64,000 nt of DNA from Deltaproteobacteria bacterium. GTDB taxonomy: Bacteria; Myxococcota_A; Polyangia; Polyangiales; Houyiibacteriaceae. How positions within the stretch are numbered: the first letter of the stretch is position 1; each line of letters begins with the position of its first letter. The stretch covers positions 1-64,000 of the forward strand of contig JAXMNT010000039.1 in assembly GCA_034670305.1 (NCBI GenBank). Reading direction: 5' to 3'. A program made the position numbers and the translations under genes. Shown piece by piece: positions 26,101-37,114 of this stretch. The notes under the pieces are model-generated. The model had not been told where the DNA came from and did not search any database. It worked only from the letters and a program-made list of their open reading frames with translations.

Positions 26101-29100
26101 GTGTCCGATCGACCTTCGACCCGTTCCCTGCTGCGCGTCCTCTCGAGGGCGCGGTTGCAGGACGTTGCCCGCTCCCGCGGCATCGGAGCGCCGAGCGCGA
26201 AGCCCAAGCGCAAGGAGATGATCGACCTGCTGCTCCAGGACTCGGCTCTGAACTTCCGCGCGGTGCTCTCGTTGCTCGGGCGGGACGAGCTGAAGGCAGC
26301 CTGCCGCGCCCACGTCGTGGACCACTCCGGCCGCAGCCGCGCCGACCTTCAGGCGCGGCTGATCGCGGCCCGTGGGGACGCGGTGGAGTCCGCGCCGCCG
26401 CCGCCTGCTTTCGTCCCCACCGGCCCAGTGCGCCACGAACCCCGCACGGGAGACATCGTGCTCTGCCGGCACCGGCAATGGCTCGTCGAGGATGTGGTTG
26501 CGATCGAAGGCCAGGCGACGCGGGTCGCGCTGGTCTGCCTCGACGACGACAACCAAGGGGCGAACCTCGAGACGCTCTGGGAGCTGGAGCTCGGCGCGAA
26601 GATCCTTCCCCACGAGTCGGGCAAGCTCACCGAGCCGAAGCAGCTCGATCAGCCGCGGCACTTCGGGGCGTACCTCCACGCGCTCAAGTGGAACGCGGTC
26701 ACCGCGACCGACGCGAAGCTCTTTCAGTCGCCGTTCCGTGCCGGCATCCGGCTGATGCAGCATCAGCTCACGCCGCTCACCAAGGCGCTCTCGCTGCCGC
26801 GCGCGAACCTGTTCATCGCGGACGACGTGGGTCTCGGCAAGACCATCGAAGCCGGGCTCGTGCTCCAGGAGCTTCTGCTCCGGCAGCGGGTCGAGTTCGT
26901 GCTCGTCATCTGTCCGGCTTCCGTGCAGCTCCAATGGAAAGAGGAGATGGGCCAGCGCTTCGGTCTTCCCTTCGAGATCATGAGCCGGCACTACGTCGCC
27001 CGCGTCCGCAAGGAGCGGGGCTTCGGCCAGAACCCTTGGAGCACCCACCGCCGCTTCATCGTCAGCCACCCGATCGTGCGTCGGCCGGAGTACCGCGAGC
27101 AGCTCCTCGCCCACCTTCGGGAACGCGGCGCCGAAGAAGGCACGTCCCGCGCGAAGAAGTCGCTCCTGATCCTCGACGAAGCGCACGTGGCGGCGCCCGC
27201 GAGCGCGAGCAAGTGGGCGACCGACTCGGAGATCACGCGCGTCGTCCGCGACATCGCCCCGCGGTTCGAGAACCGTCTCTTCCTCAGCGCCACTCCGCAC
27301 AACGGCCACAGCAACAGCTTCAGCGCCCTGCTCGAGATCCTCGATCCGCAGCGGTTCACCCGCGGGGTGCCCATCCGCGATCCCGAGCGTCTGCGCCCGG
27401 TGATGGTGCGTCGGCTCAAAGAAGACCTCCGCGAACGCGAAGGCATCGACTTCCCCAAGCGGCTGCTCGTGCAGGTCGACCTGAAAGAGAACGCCGGCTC
27501 GTGGGACGTGACCCACGTCACCCACGACCGGAGCGAAAAGAAGATCCAGCGGGGCAAGACGCGGCAATGCGAGGGCGCGGCCACCGTCGGCGGTGTTGCG
27601 GTGGAGCTGGAGCTCAGCGAACTGCTCCGCGCGTACCGCAGCTTGATGCGTCCACTGCTGCTCGCCGATGGACAACGGAGCGCGCGACTCGTCTTCGTCA
27701 ACCTGCAGAAGCGCTTGCTCAGCAGCGTTCCGGCCTTTGCGCGGACTCTCCGCGTGCACGCCAAACGGCTGCGTACCCAGGGCACGCTTTCTGCCCAAAC
27801 CAAGATCATCCTCCAGGACGAAGACGCGCTCGGCCTCGACGACGAGACGCTCGACGCGGCCGAGGACCAAGACGTCGTTCGTGCGACCGAAGCGCTCCGG
27901 CGCGGGCTCGAGTCCGCCACCGAGAGCGACGCCCGCACGCGCGCGTCACAGCTGCTCGATCGTATGCTCGAGCTCGCGGAGGCCCGCGCCCACCAGCCGG
28001 ACGGCAAGACGCTCGCGCTGCTCGACTGGATGCAGCAGCACCAGTGCGCGGGCGCGCGCCTGCATGGACCGAAGAAGAAGTCGAAGGCCGAACGCGCCTG
28101 GACCGGCCGCCGGGTGCTGGTCTTCACCGAGTACGGCGACACCCGCCGCTACCTGAAGCAGATGCTGCAGGCCGCGTTCGACCAGACGGATCGCGCCGAG
28201 GTGCGCATCGCCGAGCTCTACGGCGGCATGCACGAAGACCGGCGCGCCGAGGTCCAGCGCGACTTCAACGCACCCCCGGACAAAGCCGCGGTCCGCGTGC
28301 TCATCGCCACCGACGCCGCCCGCGAAGGCATCAACCTCCAGGGGCACTGCGCGGACCTCTTCCACTTCGACGTGCCGTGGAACCCGGGCCGCCTCGAACA
28401 ACGCAACGGCCGCATCGACCGAACGCTCCAGCCGTCGCCCGAAGTGCGCTGCCACTACTTCCGCTACACCGACCGCGCCGAAGACGTGGTGCTTCAGCGC
28501 TTGGTGGAGAAGGTCGACGTCATTCGCCGCGAGCTCGGCTCGCTCGGCGCGGTTGTCATGGAACGCATCGACCGCACCCTGGCCGAGGGCATCGACGAAG
28601 ACACCGTGGGCGCTCTCGATGCGGCGAGCGAACCCGGCGATCAAAGCGTCGTGCAGGCGGAACTCGAAGCCCAGCGCAGCACGCAGGACGCGCTCGCCGC
28701 GGAGATCGAAGAAGCCGGCGAGATCCTCTCCCGCTCTGCGAAGGTGATGGAGTTCCGGCGCGAGCACCTGCGCGAAGCGCTGGACGTGGGTCTCGAACTC
28801 TCGGGCGTGCCCGCGCTGGTGCCTGTGAAGGACACGAAGGGCCGGTTCGAACTGCCACCGATGCCCTCCTCCTGGTCACGCACCGTCGACTCGTTGCGGG
28901 TGCCGAAGCAGCGCGACGAAGAGTGGTGGGAGTGGCGTCAGCGCCCGCCACGCCCGGTGGTCTTCCATCCGCCCGCAAAGATGAACGACGACGCGGTCCA
29001 CCTGCATCTGAGCCACCCCTTCGTGAAGCGTATTCTCGGCCGGCTCCTGGCCCAGGGGTACAGCGCCCACGACCTCTCCCGGGTCACGGTCCTCCGGAAC

Positions 29101-29739
29101 GAACGCGACCACCGCGTGCGCGCCATCGTGTTTGGCCGCTTGAGTCTCTTCGGCCACGGCGCCGCCCGCCTGCACGACCGGCTCCTCAGCGCCGCCGGCG
29201 AGTGGAAGGGAGAGGCCGACGAGATCGTTGCCTTCCAAGACGCCGCGGACCGCAACGCCATCGCCATGCTGGAGGATGTGCTCGCCGACAGCCCGAGCCT
29301 CGACCCGATCCCGGAGGTCGTGCAGCGCCGCGTGCTCGATGCCGCACCGGTGCTCTTCGAGCGGCTGTGGGCGCGGGTGCGTGAGGACGCCGATGCCGAA
29401 GCCCACCGTGCCCAGACCGCGCTCACCGCACGTGGTCTCCAAGAGGCAGCCGCCCTTCATGAGATTCTCGCAACGCAAGAGAAGGACGTCGCGGAGCGCA
29501 TGAAGGAACTCGAGCAGCTACCGCTCTCGTTCGCCGACACCAAGACTAGAAAGCGCGAGCAACTCCAGCTCAAGAAGGACATCGCGCACATGGACCGTCG
29601 CGTAGGCGAGATTCAGAAGGAGCAGGCGTCCGAGCCCGACCAGCTGAAGACCCTCTACGACGTCGTGCTCCGCCGCCTCGAACCTGTCGGCCTCGTGGTG
29701 CTCTGGCCCTCCTCCCGACTCTCGAAAGACTCGCGATGA
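26101..29739 (+). CDS. drmD: DISARM SNF2-like helicase DrmD
   Basis: RHRQWLVE, WNAVTATD..LFQSPFRAGI, IADDVGLGKTIEAG, DEAH, LSATPHNG, TDAAREGINLQ, PWNPGRLEQRNGRIDR; next to an N6-MTase, with drmABC downstream. Confidence 0.9.
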   Translation: MSDRPSTRSLLRVLSRARLQDVARSRGIGAPSAKPKRKEMIDLLLQDSALNFRAVLSLLGRDELKAACRAHVVDHSGRSRADLQARLIAARGDAVESAPPPPAFVPTGPVRHEPRTGDIVLCRHRQWLVEDVVAIEGQATRVALVCLDDDNQGANLETLWELELGAKILPHESGKLTEPKQLDQPRHFGAYLHALKWNAVTATDAKLFQSPFRAGIRLMQHQLTPLTKALSLPRANLFIADDVGLGKTIEAGLVLQELLLRQRVEFVLVICPASVQLQWKEEMGQRFGLPFEIMSRHYVARVRKERGFGQNPWSTHRRFIVSHPIVRRPEYREQLLAHLRERGAEEGTSRAKKSLLILDEAHVAAPASASKWATDSEITRVVRDIAPRFENRLFLSATPHNGHSNSFSALLEILDPQRFTRGVPIRDPERLRPVMVRRLKEDLREREGIDFPKRLLVQVDLKENAGSWDVTHVTHDRSEKKIQRGKTRQCEGAATVGGVAVELELSELLRAYRSLMRPLLLADGQRSARLVFVNLQKRLLSSVPAFARTLRVHAKRLRTQGTLSAQTKIILQDEDALGLDDETLDAAEDQDVVRATEALRRGLESATESDARTRASQLLDRMLELAEARAHQPDGKTLALLDWMQQHQCAGARLHGPKKKSKAERAWTGRRVLVFTEYGDTRRYLKQMLQAAFDQTDRAEVRIAELYGGMHEDRRAEVQRDFNAPPDKAAVRVLIATDAAREGINLQGHCADLFHFDVPWNPGRLEQRNGRIDRTLQPSPEVRCHYFRYTDRAEDVVLQRLVEKVDVIRRELGSLGAVVMERIDRTLAEGIDEDTVGALDAASEPGDQSVVQAELEAQRSTQDALAAEIEEAGEILSRSAKVMEFRREHLREALDVGLELSGVPALVPVKDTKGRFELPPMPSSWSRTVDSLRVPKQRDEEWWEWRQRPPRPVVFHPPAKMNDDAVHLHLSHPFVKRILGRLLAQGYSAHDLSRVTVLRNERDHRVRAIVFGRLSLFGHGAARLHDRLLSAAGEWKGEADEIVAFQDAADRNAIAMLEDVLADSPSLDPIPEVVQRRVLDAAPVLFERLWARVREDADAEAHRAQTALTARGLQEAAALHEILATQEKDVAERMKELEQLPLSFADTKTRKREQLQLKKDIAHMDRRVGEIQKEQASEPDQLKTLYDVVLRRLEPVGLVVLWPSSRLSKDSR

Positions 29740-32700
29740 GCTCCGATGCGCAGCGCCGGCATGAGGCTTGGCTTGGGATGGCGCAGCCCGTGGAGGGGCT
29801 CGTCTTCTCTGCGCCCGTCCTCGCCGACCGGAACGTGCCCCGGCCCGAACTCTCGCCGACCGAACTCCAGCGCCTCTTCCTCGAAGTCTGCCCACCCAGT
29901 GAGATCGAAGAGGGCGTCTCCACCAAACCCGCCATCCGCGACCTCCTCCGCTTCTTCCAGACCCTCCTCGCCTACGAACCCGCCGACTGGCACGGCCCCG
30001 AACTCACCGGCGGCAAAGCACTCGGCCAAGAAGCCAAACAACTCGGCGGCACCTTCCCGCCCGCGCTCCATCTCGACGTGCCCGAAGCCGACCAGGTCCT
30101 CCGGCCCACCCTCGCGCTCCCCAAACGCACCCCCACCCCCATCCCCGACGGCACCGACGCCACCGACGCCGCGCGCGCCGGCGCGGCGTACGAACTCCTC
30201 GTCTGGGACCTCGCCGACCCACAGTGCGCCGGAGACGCCGCCATCGGCCTCGACCTCGACAAACCCGAAGACGTCACCGGCCACTGGCGCTACCCGCCCA
30301 CCGCCAAGTTCGAACGCCTCCTCCGCCACCTCCGCGTCCCCGTCGGACTCCTCACCAACCGCCGCGAACTCCGCCTCGTCTACGCCCCCCACGGCGAGTC
30401 CACCGGACACCTCACCTTCCGGTTCGACGACCTCGCCGAGATCGGCGGCCGCCCCATCCTCGACGCCCTCGTCGCGCTCCTTCACGCCGAACGCTTCTTC
30501 AGCCTGCCCGCCGACGAAGGCCTCACCGCGCTGCTCCGCGAAAGCCGCGAACGCCAAGCCAACGTCACCACCGAGCTCGCCGAACAGGTCATGGACGCCC
30601 TCCAGATCCTGCTCAGCGGCTTCCAGGCCGCCGCCGAACGCGACCCCGAAGGCTACGGCGCCGTCTTCGCCGACGCGCTCGAACGCACCGTCGTCAGCCA
30701 CCACCAAGTCACCGACGCCGCCACCGAAGCCGACCACGTCTACCGCGGCCTGCTCACCGTCATGCTTCGCCTCGTCTTCCTGCTCTTCGCCGAAGACCGC
30801 GGCCTCCTCCCCACCGACCACCCCCTCTACCGCGACCACTTCAGCGTGCTCGCGCTCTTCGCCCGCCTCCAAGAAGACGCCGGCGCCCACCCAGACTCCA
30901 TGGGGCTGCGCTTCGGCGCGTGGGGCCAGCTCCTCGCCGTCTTCCGCGCCGTCTTCACCGGCGTCGAACACGGCGACCTCCGCATGCCCGCGCGCCACGG
31001 CGACCTCTTCGACCCCCACCGCTTCCCCTTCCTCGAAGGTGTCGTCGTCGGTGCCTCCCCGCTCCGCCGCCCCGAACAACAAGCCGCCATCAACGTCCCC
31101 ACCATGGACGACGGCACCGTCTTCCGGGTCCTCGAGAAACTCATCGTCTTCGAAGGCCAGCGCCTCAGCTACAAGGCCCTCGACGTCGAGCAGATCGGCA
31201 GCGTCTACGAAGCGCTCATGGGCTTCCACGTGCACCGGTGCGAAGCCCCCGCCGTCCGGGTCCGCGTCGCCAAAGGCAGCCCGCCCTGGCTCACCGTCGA
31301 CGAAGTCCTCGAGCAGAAACCCGCCCAGCGTGAGAAGTGGCTCAAGAAAGAGATTGGCCTCACCGGCGCCAACGCTAAGAAGCTCGCCGCACGCTTCAAA
31401 GCCATCGACAAGCTCTCGGACGAACAAACGCTCACCGAGTTCGAAGCGCTCGGCCACGCGGCACCGGTTTCGACCGACGACGCCGCCACTGGCTCGGCCA
31501 CCGCCGACGCACGCCGCCACGCGTTGATGCTCGACGCACTCTCCGACATGGCCGCCGTCCGCAAGAAGTCGCAGCGCGGCAAGGCGCTCGCCGCTGCCGG
31601 CCGGCTCGTGCTCCAGCCGGGCGAAGAACGCCGGCGCACGAGCAGCCACTACACCCCGCGCTCGCTCAGCGCGCCCATCGTCGAACGCACCCTCGAACCG
31701 CTCCTGCGCGCTATGGGCGACGCCCCCACCGCGGACCAGCTCCTCGAGCTGAAGGTCTGCGACCCCGCCATGGGCAGCGGGGCGTTCCTCGTCGCCGCCT
31801 GCGATTACCTCGGCGACCAACTCGTTGCCGCGTGGACCCGCGAAGGCGCGCTCGAACAGGTCGCCAAAGACGCACCGAACGAAGACCCGGTCCTCTACGC
31901 CCGGCGCCTCGTCGCGCAGCGCTGCCTCTACGGCGTGGACAAGAACGACGCCGCCGTCGAGCTGGCCAAACTCTCGCTCTGGCTCTTCACCCTGGCCCGC
32001 GACCGCCCCTTCACCTTCCTCGACCACGCCCTGCGCCACGGCGACTCCCTCGTCGGGCTGAGCTTCGAACAGATCCGCAACTTCACCTGGGAGCCGGAGT
32101 CTGAACTGAAGGGCCTCGACAAGAAGGGCGCCCAGCTGGACCTGAGCCACAGGGAACTCGACGTGGCCCTCGGCGAAGCCATCCCGATCCGCCAGCGCAT
32201 CCTGGAGCTCGCGAAAGACCCGAGCCCGGACGCGCAGTCAGAGAAGGAGCAGCTCGTCTTCCAAGCCGCCGACGCGCTCGACCGGGTGCGGCTCATCGGC
32301 GACGTGATCGTCGGCGCGTTCTTCGCGGAGAAAAAGAAGAAGGCCCGCGAGAAAGAGAAGGAGCGCCGCCGCACGCTCGTCCAGCGCTGGCTGGCCGGCG
32401 ACGAAGAGGCGGGCGGGGAGCTGCGACAGCTCCAAGCCGAGATCCGCGCCCGGCTACCAGTGTTCCACTGGATGCTCGAGTACCCGGAAGTCTTCTGGAG
32501 CGAACGAGCCGACCCGCTGGCGATGTGGGCGACCGATGGCGAGGCGTACATGGATGCGTTCGTGGGGAACCCTCCGTTCATGGGCGGATCGGGCATCTCC
32601 ACCGCAATGGGTGACGAGTTCCGAGATTGGTTGCTCGCGACCCACATCAACTCTCACGGCAATGCCGACCTCTGCGCCCACTTCTTCCGCACTGCGCATC

Positions 32701-34016
32701 TCCTCCTCGGAGCGCACGGCACGTTGGGCTTCATCGCAACCAACACGATTGCTCAAGGCGACACCCGCTCGACCGGCTTGCAGTGGCTTTGTCGGCGAAG
32801 CGGCGTCATCTACGCGGCCACCCCTACGAGGACGTGGCCCGGGGACGCCGCGGTGATGGTGGCCGAGGTGCATCTCTCATTCGGGCGCACACGCCCTGGC
32901 CAGCGCACGTTGGCTGGTCAGTCCGTAGGAGAGATCAACTCCCGACTTCGAGGCGGTGCCGAGCGGGATGATGCGAGTCATCTCGATGCTTGCTCGGGCG
33001 TCAGCTTCCTCGGGTCGAAAGTCTACGGACAGGGGTTCGTTCTCACCCCCGAAGACCGCGATGCGCTCGTCGCCAAGAACCCACGGAACGCCGAACGCAT
33101 CTTCCCCTACCTGGGCGGAAAAGAGGTCAACACCAGCCCCACTCAGTCACACGACCGATTCGTGATCAGCTTCGGACAAATGTCACTTGAGCAGGCGGAG
33201 GCGTGGCCGGACCTCATCGAGATCGTTCGCACAAAGGTGAAGCCCGATCGAGATCGTCTGAAGGACAATCCAGATGGTCGTCGTCGAAAGCAGTACTGGT
33301 GGCAGTTCGGGCGCTGGACCCCTGCGCTCTTCGAAGCAATCGCCTCAGGCAGCCGTTGCCTCGTCAACTCCCAGGTCAGCAAGCACCTGGTGTTCGCGTT
33401 CCAACCCACCGACCGCATCTTCGGCCACGCTCTCTACGCTTACCCCCTCCCCGCCTACGCCTCCTTTGCGACCCTCCAGTCGCGCATCCACGAGGGCTGG
33501 GCGCGCTTGCTCTCGTCCTCGCTTGAAGACCGACTCCGCTACGCGGCGAGCGACTGCTTCGAGACCTTCCCGTTCCCGGAGCCGGACCCCCGCACCGTAC
33601 TCCCCGCGCTCGAGACGATCGGCGAGCGGCTCTACGAAGCGCGGGCGAAGTACATGGTGGACACCCAGCAGGGCCTGACCACCGCCTACAACCTGCTCAA
33701 GGACCCTGCCGAACTGGAGCCCCGCCTCCTCGAGCTCCGCGCCCTCCACGTCGCCCTCGATGAAGCGGTCCTGCAGGCCTACGCCACCAGCACCGCCCCC
33801 ATCGAAGACGCAGAACTGGTCAACGGCCAAGACCCCCGCTGGACGGCCATAGAGGTCCCCCCCTTCTGCCCCGAAACCCCCGGCCCCGAACCCGAAGCCA
33901 ACTGGAAGCGCCAACTAGCCCGCTTCCAAGACCAAACCATAGACCTCCTCTTCCAACTAAACGCCTCCCGAGCGAAGGCGGAGAAGACAACCGCAGGCAG
34001 GAACTCGGAGAAGTAA
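29736..34016 (+). CDS. drmMI: DISARM adenine methyltransferase DrmMI (Eco57I/type IIL-like)
   Basis: LDVEQIGSVYE, SHYTP, DPAMGSGAFL, YGVD, FHW.LEYPEVF, VGNPPF; C-terminal target-recognition domain. Confidence 0.9.
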   Translation: MSSDAQRRHEAWLGMAQPVEGLVFSAPVLADRNVPRPELSPTELQRLFLEVCPPSEIEEGVSTKPAIRDLLRFFQTLLAYEPADWHGPELTGGKALGQEAKQLGGTFPPALHLDVPEADQVLRPTLALPKRTPTPIPDGTDATDAARAGAAYELLVWDLADPQCAGDAAIGLDLDKPEDVTGHWRYPPTAKFERLLRHLRVPVGLLTNRRELRLVYAPHGESTGHLTFRFDDLAEIGGRPILDALVALLHAERFFSLPADEGLTALLRESRERQANVTTELAEQVMDALQILLSGFQAAAERDPEGYGAVFADALERTVVSHHQVTDAATEADHVYRGLLTVMLRLVFLLFAEDRGLLPTDHPLYRDHFSVLALFARLQEDAGAHPDSMGLRFGAWGQLLAVFRAVFTGVEHGDLRMPARHGDLFDPHRFPFLEGVVVGASPLRRPEQQAAINVPTMDDGTVFRVLEKLIVFEGQRLSYKALDVEQIGSVYEALMGFHVHRCEAPAVRVRVAKGSPPWLTVDEVLEQKPAQREKWLKKEIGLTGANAKKLAARFKAIDKLSDEQTLTEFEALGHAAPVSTDDAATGSATADARRHALMLDALSDMAAVRKKSQRGKALAAAGRLVLQPGEERRRTSSHYTPRSLSAPIVERTLEPLLRAMGDAPTADQLLELKVCDPAMGSGAFLVAACDYLGDQLVAAWTREGALEQVAKDAPNEDPVLYARRLVAQRCLYGVDKNDAAVELAKLSLWLFTLARDRPFTFLDHALRHGDSLVGLSFEQIRNFTWEPESELKGLDKKGAQLDLSHRELDVALGEAIPIRQRILELAKDPSPDAQSEKEQLVFQAADALDRVRLIGDVIVGAFFAEKKKKAREKEKERRRTLVQRWLAGDEEAGGELRQLQAEIRARLPVFHWMLEYPEVFWSERADPLAMWATDGEAYMDAFVGNPPFMGGSGISTAMGDEFRDWLLATHINSHGNADLCAHFFRTAHLLLGAHGTLGFIATNTIAQGDTRSTGLQWLCRRSGVIYAATPTRTWPGDAAVMVAEVHLSFGRTRPGQRTLAGQSVGEINSRLRGGAERDDASHLDACSGVSFLGSKVYGQGFVLTPEDRDALVAKNPRNAERIFPYLGGKEVNTSPTQSHDRFVISFGQMSLEQAEAWPDLIEIVRTKVKPDRDRLKDNPDGRRRKQYWWQFGRWTPALFEAIASGSRCLVNSQVSKHLVFAFQPTDRIFGHALYAYPLPAYASFATLQSRIHEGWARLLSSSLEDRLRYAASDCFETFPFPEPDPRTVLPALETIGERLYEARAKYMVDTQQGLTTAYNLLKDPAELEPRLLELRALHVALDEAVLQAYATSTAPIEDAELVNGQDPRWTAIEVPPFCPETPGPEPEANWKRQLARFQDQTIDLLFQLNASRAKAEKTTAGRNSEK

Positions 34017-37000
34017 TGGCGCATGTACTCATCGACCTGGAGAACCGGCCCGCAGAAGAGGAGGAGCTGGACGACCTTCTGCAGCGGCTGGAAGGAATGC
34101 GAACCGCAGCGCTCGACGAGGCTAGCGCCCGTAGGAAAGGGGATCGCCTTCCGAACTCGATAGACCGTTTTCGCACAGCCAAGGCGCTTCTCATCGATGG
34201 CCCCCGAGGAAGCGGCAAGACCACGCTGCTGCTCGATGCCCTGACTTGCTGTGGCACATTCTACCCCAAGGGAAGTGACCAACCGAGGCATTCAGAACTC
34301 ACCCCCGTCTGCCTCATTGACATGGAGCGGCTTGCAACCGACGTACCTCTTGCCATTCAGACCTTGGCGGCTCTCCGGAGGGCCGCCACACCACCCGATG
34401 CCGACCGTTGGACCGAAGACGACAGAGCACTCGACGAAGACTGGAAGCGCGTCTTGGAGGCTGTTGGTCGCGGATGGCGCAACAACCTCGCATCCAGGCG
34501 GTCGGAGATGGATCCGAGTGAGTACGTCTGGGTGCTCGAGAACGCCGCCGAAAGCGCGCTCGAGCATGCGCACAGTCACCGGTCCTTCGTGGACAGACTC
34601 GTACTCACTTGGCAGCGCGCCGCGCCCGGACGAGAGGACACCCAGCCGCTGTTCATCGTCGCTGTAGACGATGCGGACATGCAGCCCGACCGCTGCGCCG
34701 AGCTCCTTCACATGACAAGAGTTCTGTGGCACCCGAACGTTGCGTTCCTGTTGGCGGGGGACGAGAACCTCTTCATGGCGAGTCTCATTGGCCACTTCAC
34801 CGCTGCCCTCGCAGTTCCGCCGATGACCTCACCCCCGCGTGCGATCCGCGGGCACATCGACCCACGAGTCCTCGCCCGAGACCTTTTCGCAAAAGTCTTC
34901 CCGCCCAGTCATATCGTTGAACGCCAGCCGGTTCCTGAGCGCGAGCGAACTGAGAGACTGCTCACCCTCCTGGAGGAGCAGGAGACATCGGTCGCTGAAC
35001 GCCTGAAGTTCTTCATCAAGTCTCATTCGGCGACAGTACAGGCTGCGCTCCCACGCTATCACCGTCACCTCAATCAGCTGGCCGAAGCGCTAGGAAAAAT
35101 TGGCCGCCGCAGGGAGGGGCTCGGGATAGAGGACTTCGTTGAGGAGCTGTTCCGGAACGCCCACTCTCGGTACGCCATCCCGGAGGATGCGGAAACTGCG
35201 GCATCCGTGGGGCCCGGGTTGGCCGTCCACAGTAGCGGAGAGCGGGTACGCTTCATGCCACAAGTGTTCGAACCTGGCTTTCGGATACCCGCAGTACATA
35301 GCGGCTTTATTAGACTTCGAGATGGCGAACGGTGGCCAGAGCTCGTGGAACGCGACGAGGACGCGCAGATGGCCGCCGCCGCATTTCAATTGTCGATACT
35401 TGTCTTCATGCCCCTTGTCGGCGAGCACCAGCTCGACGGGGGCGGCGGCCTCGTGTCGTTGCGTGTTCCAGGTCACTTATGCCCGACATCTGACGACCTA
35501 TGGCTCCCAATTACTTTTCGTGAAATCTGGACTAAAACTCTCATCCGCATTCAAATGGTTCTTCGCTCTGCTGCCGACCCACTTCCGCGCATGCAGGGCA
35601 TATTGATGTGCATGCTGAACGATGATTCAGCAGAAATGATCGACGAGCTCACGACGAACACCAAGGAAATCGGAAGGCCGTTGAGCTTTCTGTGGCGAGA
35701 ACTCATCGCCAGAGAAGGGGTCCAACCCCGGCAACATGATGCCGACGCACTACTAGTGGGACTAATGGCAACACTGCCAGAGTCTGGCTTGGAAGCAGAA
35801 GCTGCCAACGCACTTTTTGATGACATTCGCGTCCTCTGCGGTACCCGGTTCGAACGGGTTCTTCGTGCCGGAGTCGCTCTCCGGCGGAGGCGACTCTCGA
35901 AGATTGATCTCGGATCGTACTCGGCGGTCGGGTGGCTTGAGCACATCGATGGACCCGACGATGGAGAAGTCGATGATGTATTGAACTCAGTCGCATGGTT
36001 TCGAATTCCGGTCGGTGGTGTGCGTGGCGAGGAGGTGCGACGTTTCCTTGAGGCAATGCCGGAAGACTATAAGGGCCTGGAGATTATGCCCGGCTGGGCG
36101 AATGGGAAGCAGCGACCCCTGCAGCTCTATTTCACTGAGTCGCGGGTGCTTGAAATTCTCGACGCTCGTCGGACTGGCGGTCAGGCTCGAACCCACTCCC
36201 TGGTGCTCGAACGGGAGATTCCCCGGCTAAGGCGGGGTCGCGGTGCCGCATACGTGCAGCTGCACCAGCTGTGGGAGGCTGTGGGTGCCCCCTTCCTCGG
36301 AGGGCCAGGTTCATGGCTTGCCCGACTCCGGGGGGGGCGGCTTGAGACATCCAATGGGAACGAGTTCCCGGAACCCGTGGTGTCTAGCATTGGTCGCCCC
36401 CTGCTCCCGCACGCACAGATTGCACCCCTCGACATTGCGGGTCAGGTGTTTGGCCTCGACACTGTGCAAAGCGTGCTGCTTCGGATCATTCGAGACGTGC
36501 ACGTTGACAGCACAGACCAGACAAAGTCTCCACCCCCGGCCCTCGGCGATCTGGGGGTACACGTCTCAGGCGGAGTGACTGTGACCTGGCCCGCGCCAGC
36601 CTACATGGCCCCCATCGACCGTGAGACCCTCGTATTGGTATGGAACCAACTGGTCTCCAGCTGGCTGGATGAGCGACCGAACGTGGACCCTGAGCAGATA
36701 CTGGATCTCATGGCAGTGGATGCGCTCCAATCTATCCAGCGTATTGGGCAGTCACGCTCATCCCATCGTCCGGACCACGACTTCCGGACACCTGAAGAGC
36801 AGGTGGAGGAGCTGCGGTTCGGGTACACTGGAATGCTGAACGCGGGCGGGGCAAGAGCGTCTCTTCACAAGCACTTTATTGTGGTTGGCGTGCCTCTACT
36901 ATGCTGTCCCGAATATGGTCTTTCCACTGAAATATCGAACGCGATCTTCGGAAAGTGCGATCCACCTGAACCTGGCGTGTTGGAAGCGATTCGGGCGGAG

Positions 37001-37114
37001 CGCATTCGACGGGTTCATGCCGAGGAAGCGGACCAGGTTCCTCGACTGTTGGCCGAGATCGACTCGGCCCACGGCGACCGGGAAATTGTCCGGGCGCTTG
37101 CTGAGCAGGCGTAG
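34016..37114 (+). CDS. rdrA: RADAR P-loop ATPase RdrA-like
   Basis: IDGPRGSGKTT (Walker A), VAVDDADM (Walker B), AKVFPP; coupled to an adenosine deaminase gene. Confidence 0.75.
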   Translation: MAHVLIDLENRPAEEEELDDLLQRLEGMRTAALDEASARRKGDRLPNSIDRFRTAKALLIDGPRGSGKTTLLLDALTCCGTFYPKGSDQPRHSELTPVCLIDMERLATDVPLAIQTLAALRRAATPPDADRWTEDDRALDEDWKRVLEAVGRGWRNNLASRRSEMDPSEYVWVLENAAESALEHAHSHRSFVDRLVLTWQRAAPGREDTQPLFIVAVDDADMQPDRCAELLHMTRVLWHPNVAFLLAGDENLFMASLIGHFTAALAVPPMTSPPRAIRGHIDPRVLARDLFAKVFPPSHIVERQPVPERERTERLLTLLEEQETSVAERLKFFIKSHSATVQAALPRYHRHLNQLAEALGKIGRRREGLGIEDFVEELFRNAHSRYAIPEDAETAASVGPGLAVHSSGERVRFMPQVFEPGFRIPAVHSGFIRLRDGERWPELVERDEDAQMAAAAFQLSILVFMPLVGEHQLDGGGGLVSLRVPGHLCPTSDDLWLPITFREIWTKTLIRIQMVLRSAADPLPRMQGILMCMLNDDSAEMIDELTTNTKEIGRPLSFLWRELIAREGVQPRQHDADALLVGLMATLPESGLEAEAANALFDDIRVLCGTRFERVLRAGVALRRRRLSKIDLGSYSAVGWLEHIDGPDDGEVDDVLNSVAWFRIPVGGVRGEEVRRFLEAMPEDYKGLEIMPGWANGKQRPLQLYFTESRVLEILDARRTGGQARTHSLVLEREIPRLRRGRGAAYVQLHQLWEAVGAPFLGGPGSWLARLRGGRLETSNGNEFPEPVVSSIGRPLLPHAQIAPLDIAGQVFGLDTVQSVLLRIIRDVHVDSTDQTKSPPPALGDLGVHVSGGVTVTWPAPAYMAPIDRETLVLVWNQLVSSWLDERPNVDPEQILDLMAVDALQSIQRIGQSRSSHRPDHDFRTPEEQVEELRFGYTGMLNAGGARASLHKHFIVVGVPLLCCPEYGLSTEISNAIFGKCDPPEPGVLEAIRAERIRRVHAEEADQVPRLLAEIDSAHGDREIVRALAEQA

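Noticed and set aside
25446-29384. 1312-aa ORF and similar long Arg/Pro-rich or antisense ORFs (e.g. 1908-4259, 29655-32150, 52690-54903, 60555-63359)
   Set aside because: Shadow ORFs typical of high-GC DNA, overlapping well-supported genes or low-complexity repeats.
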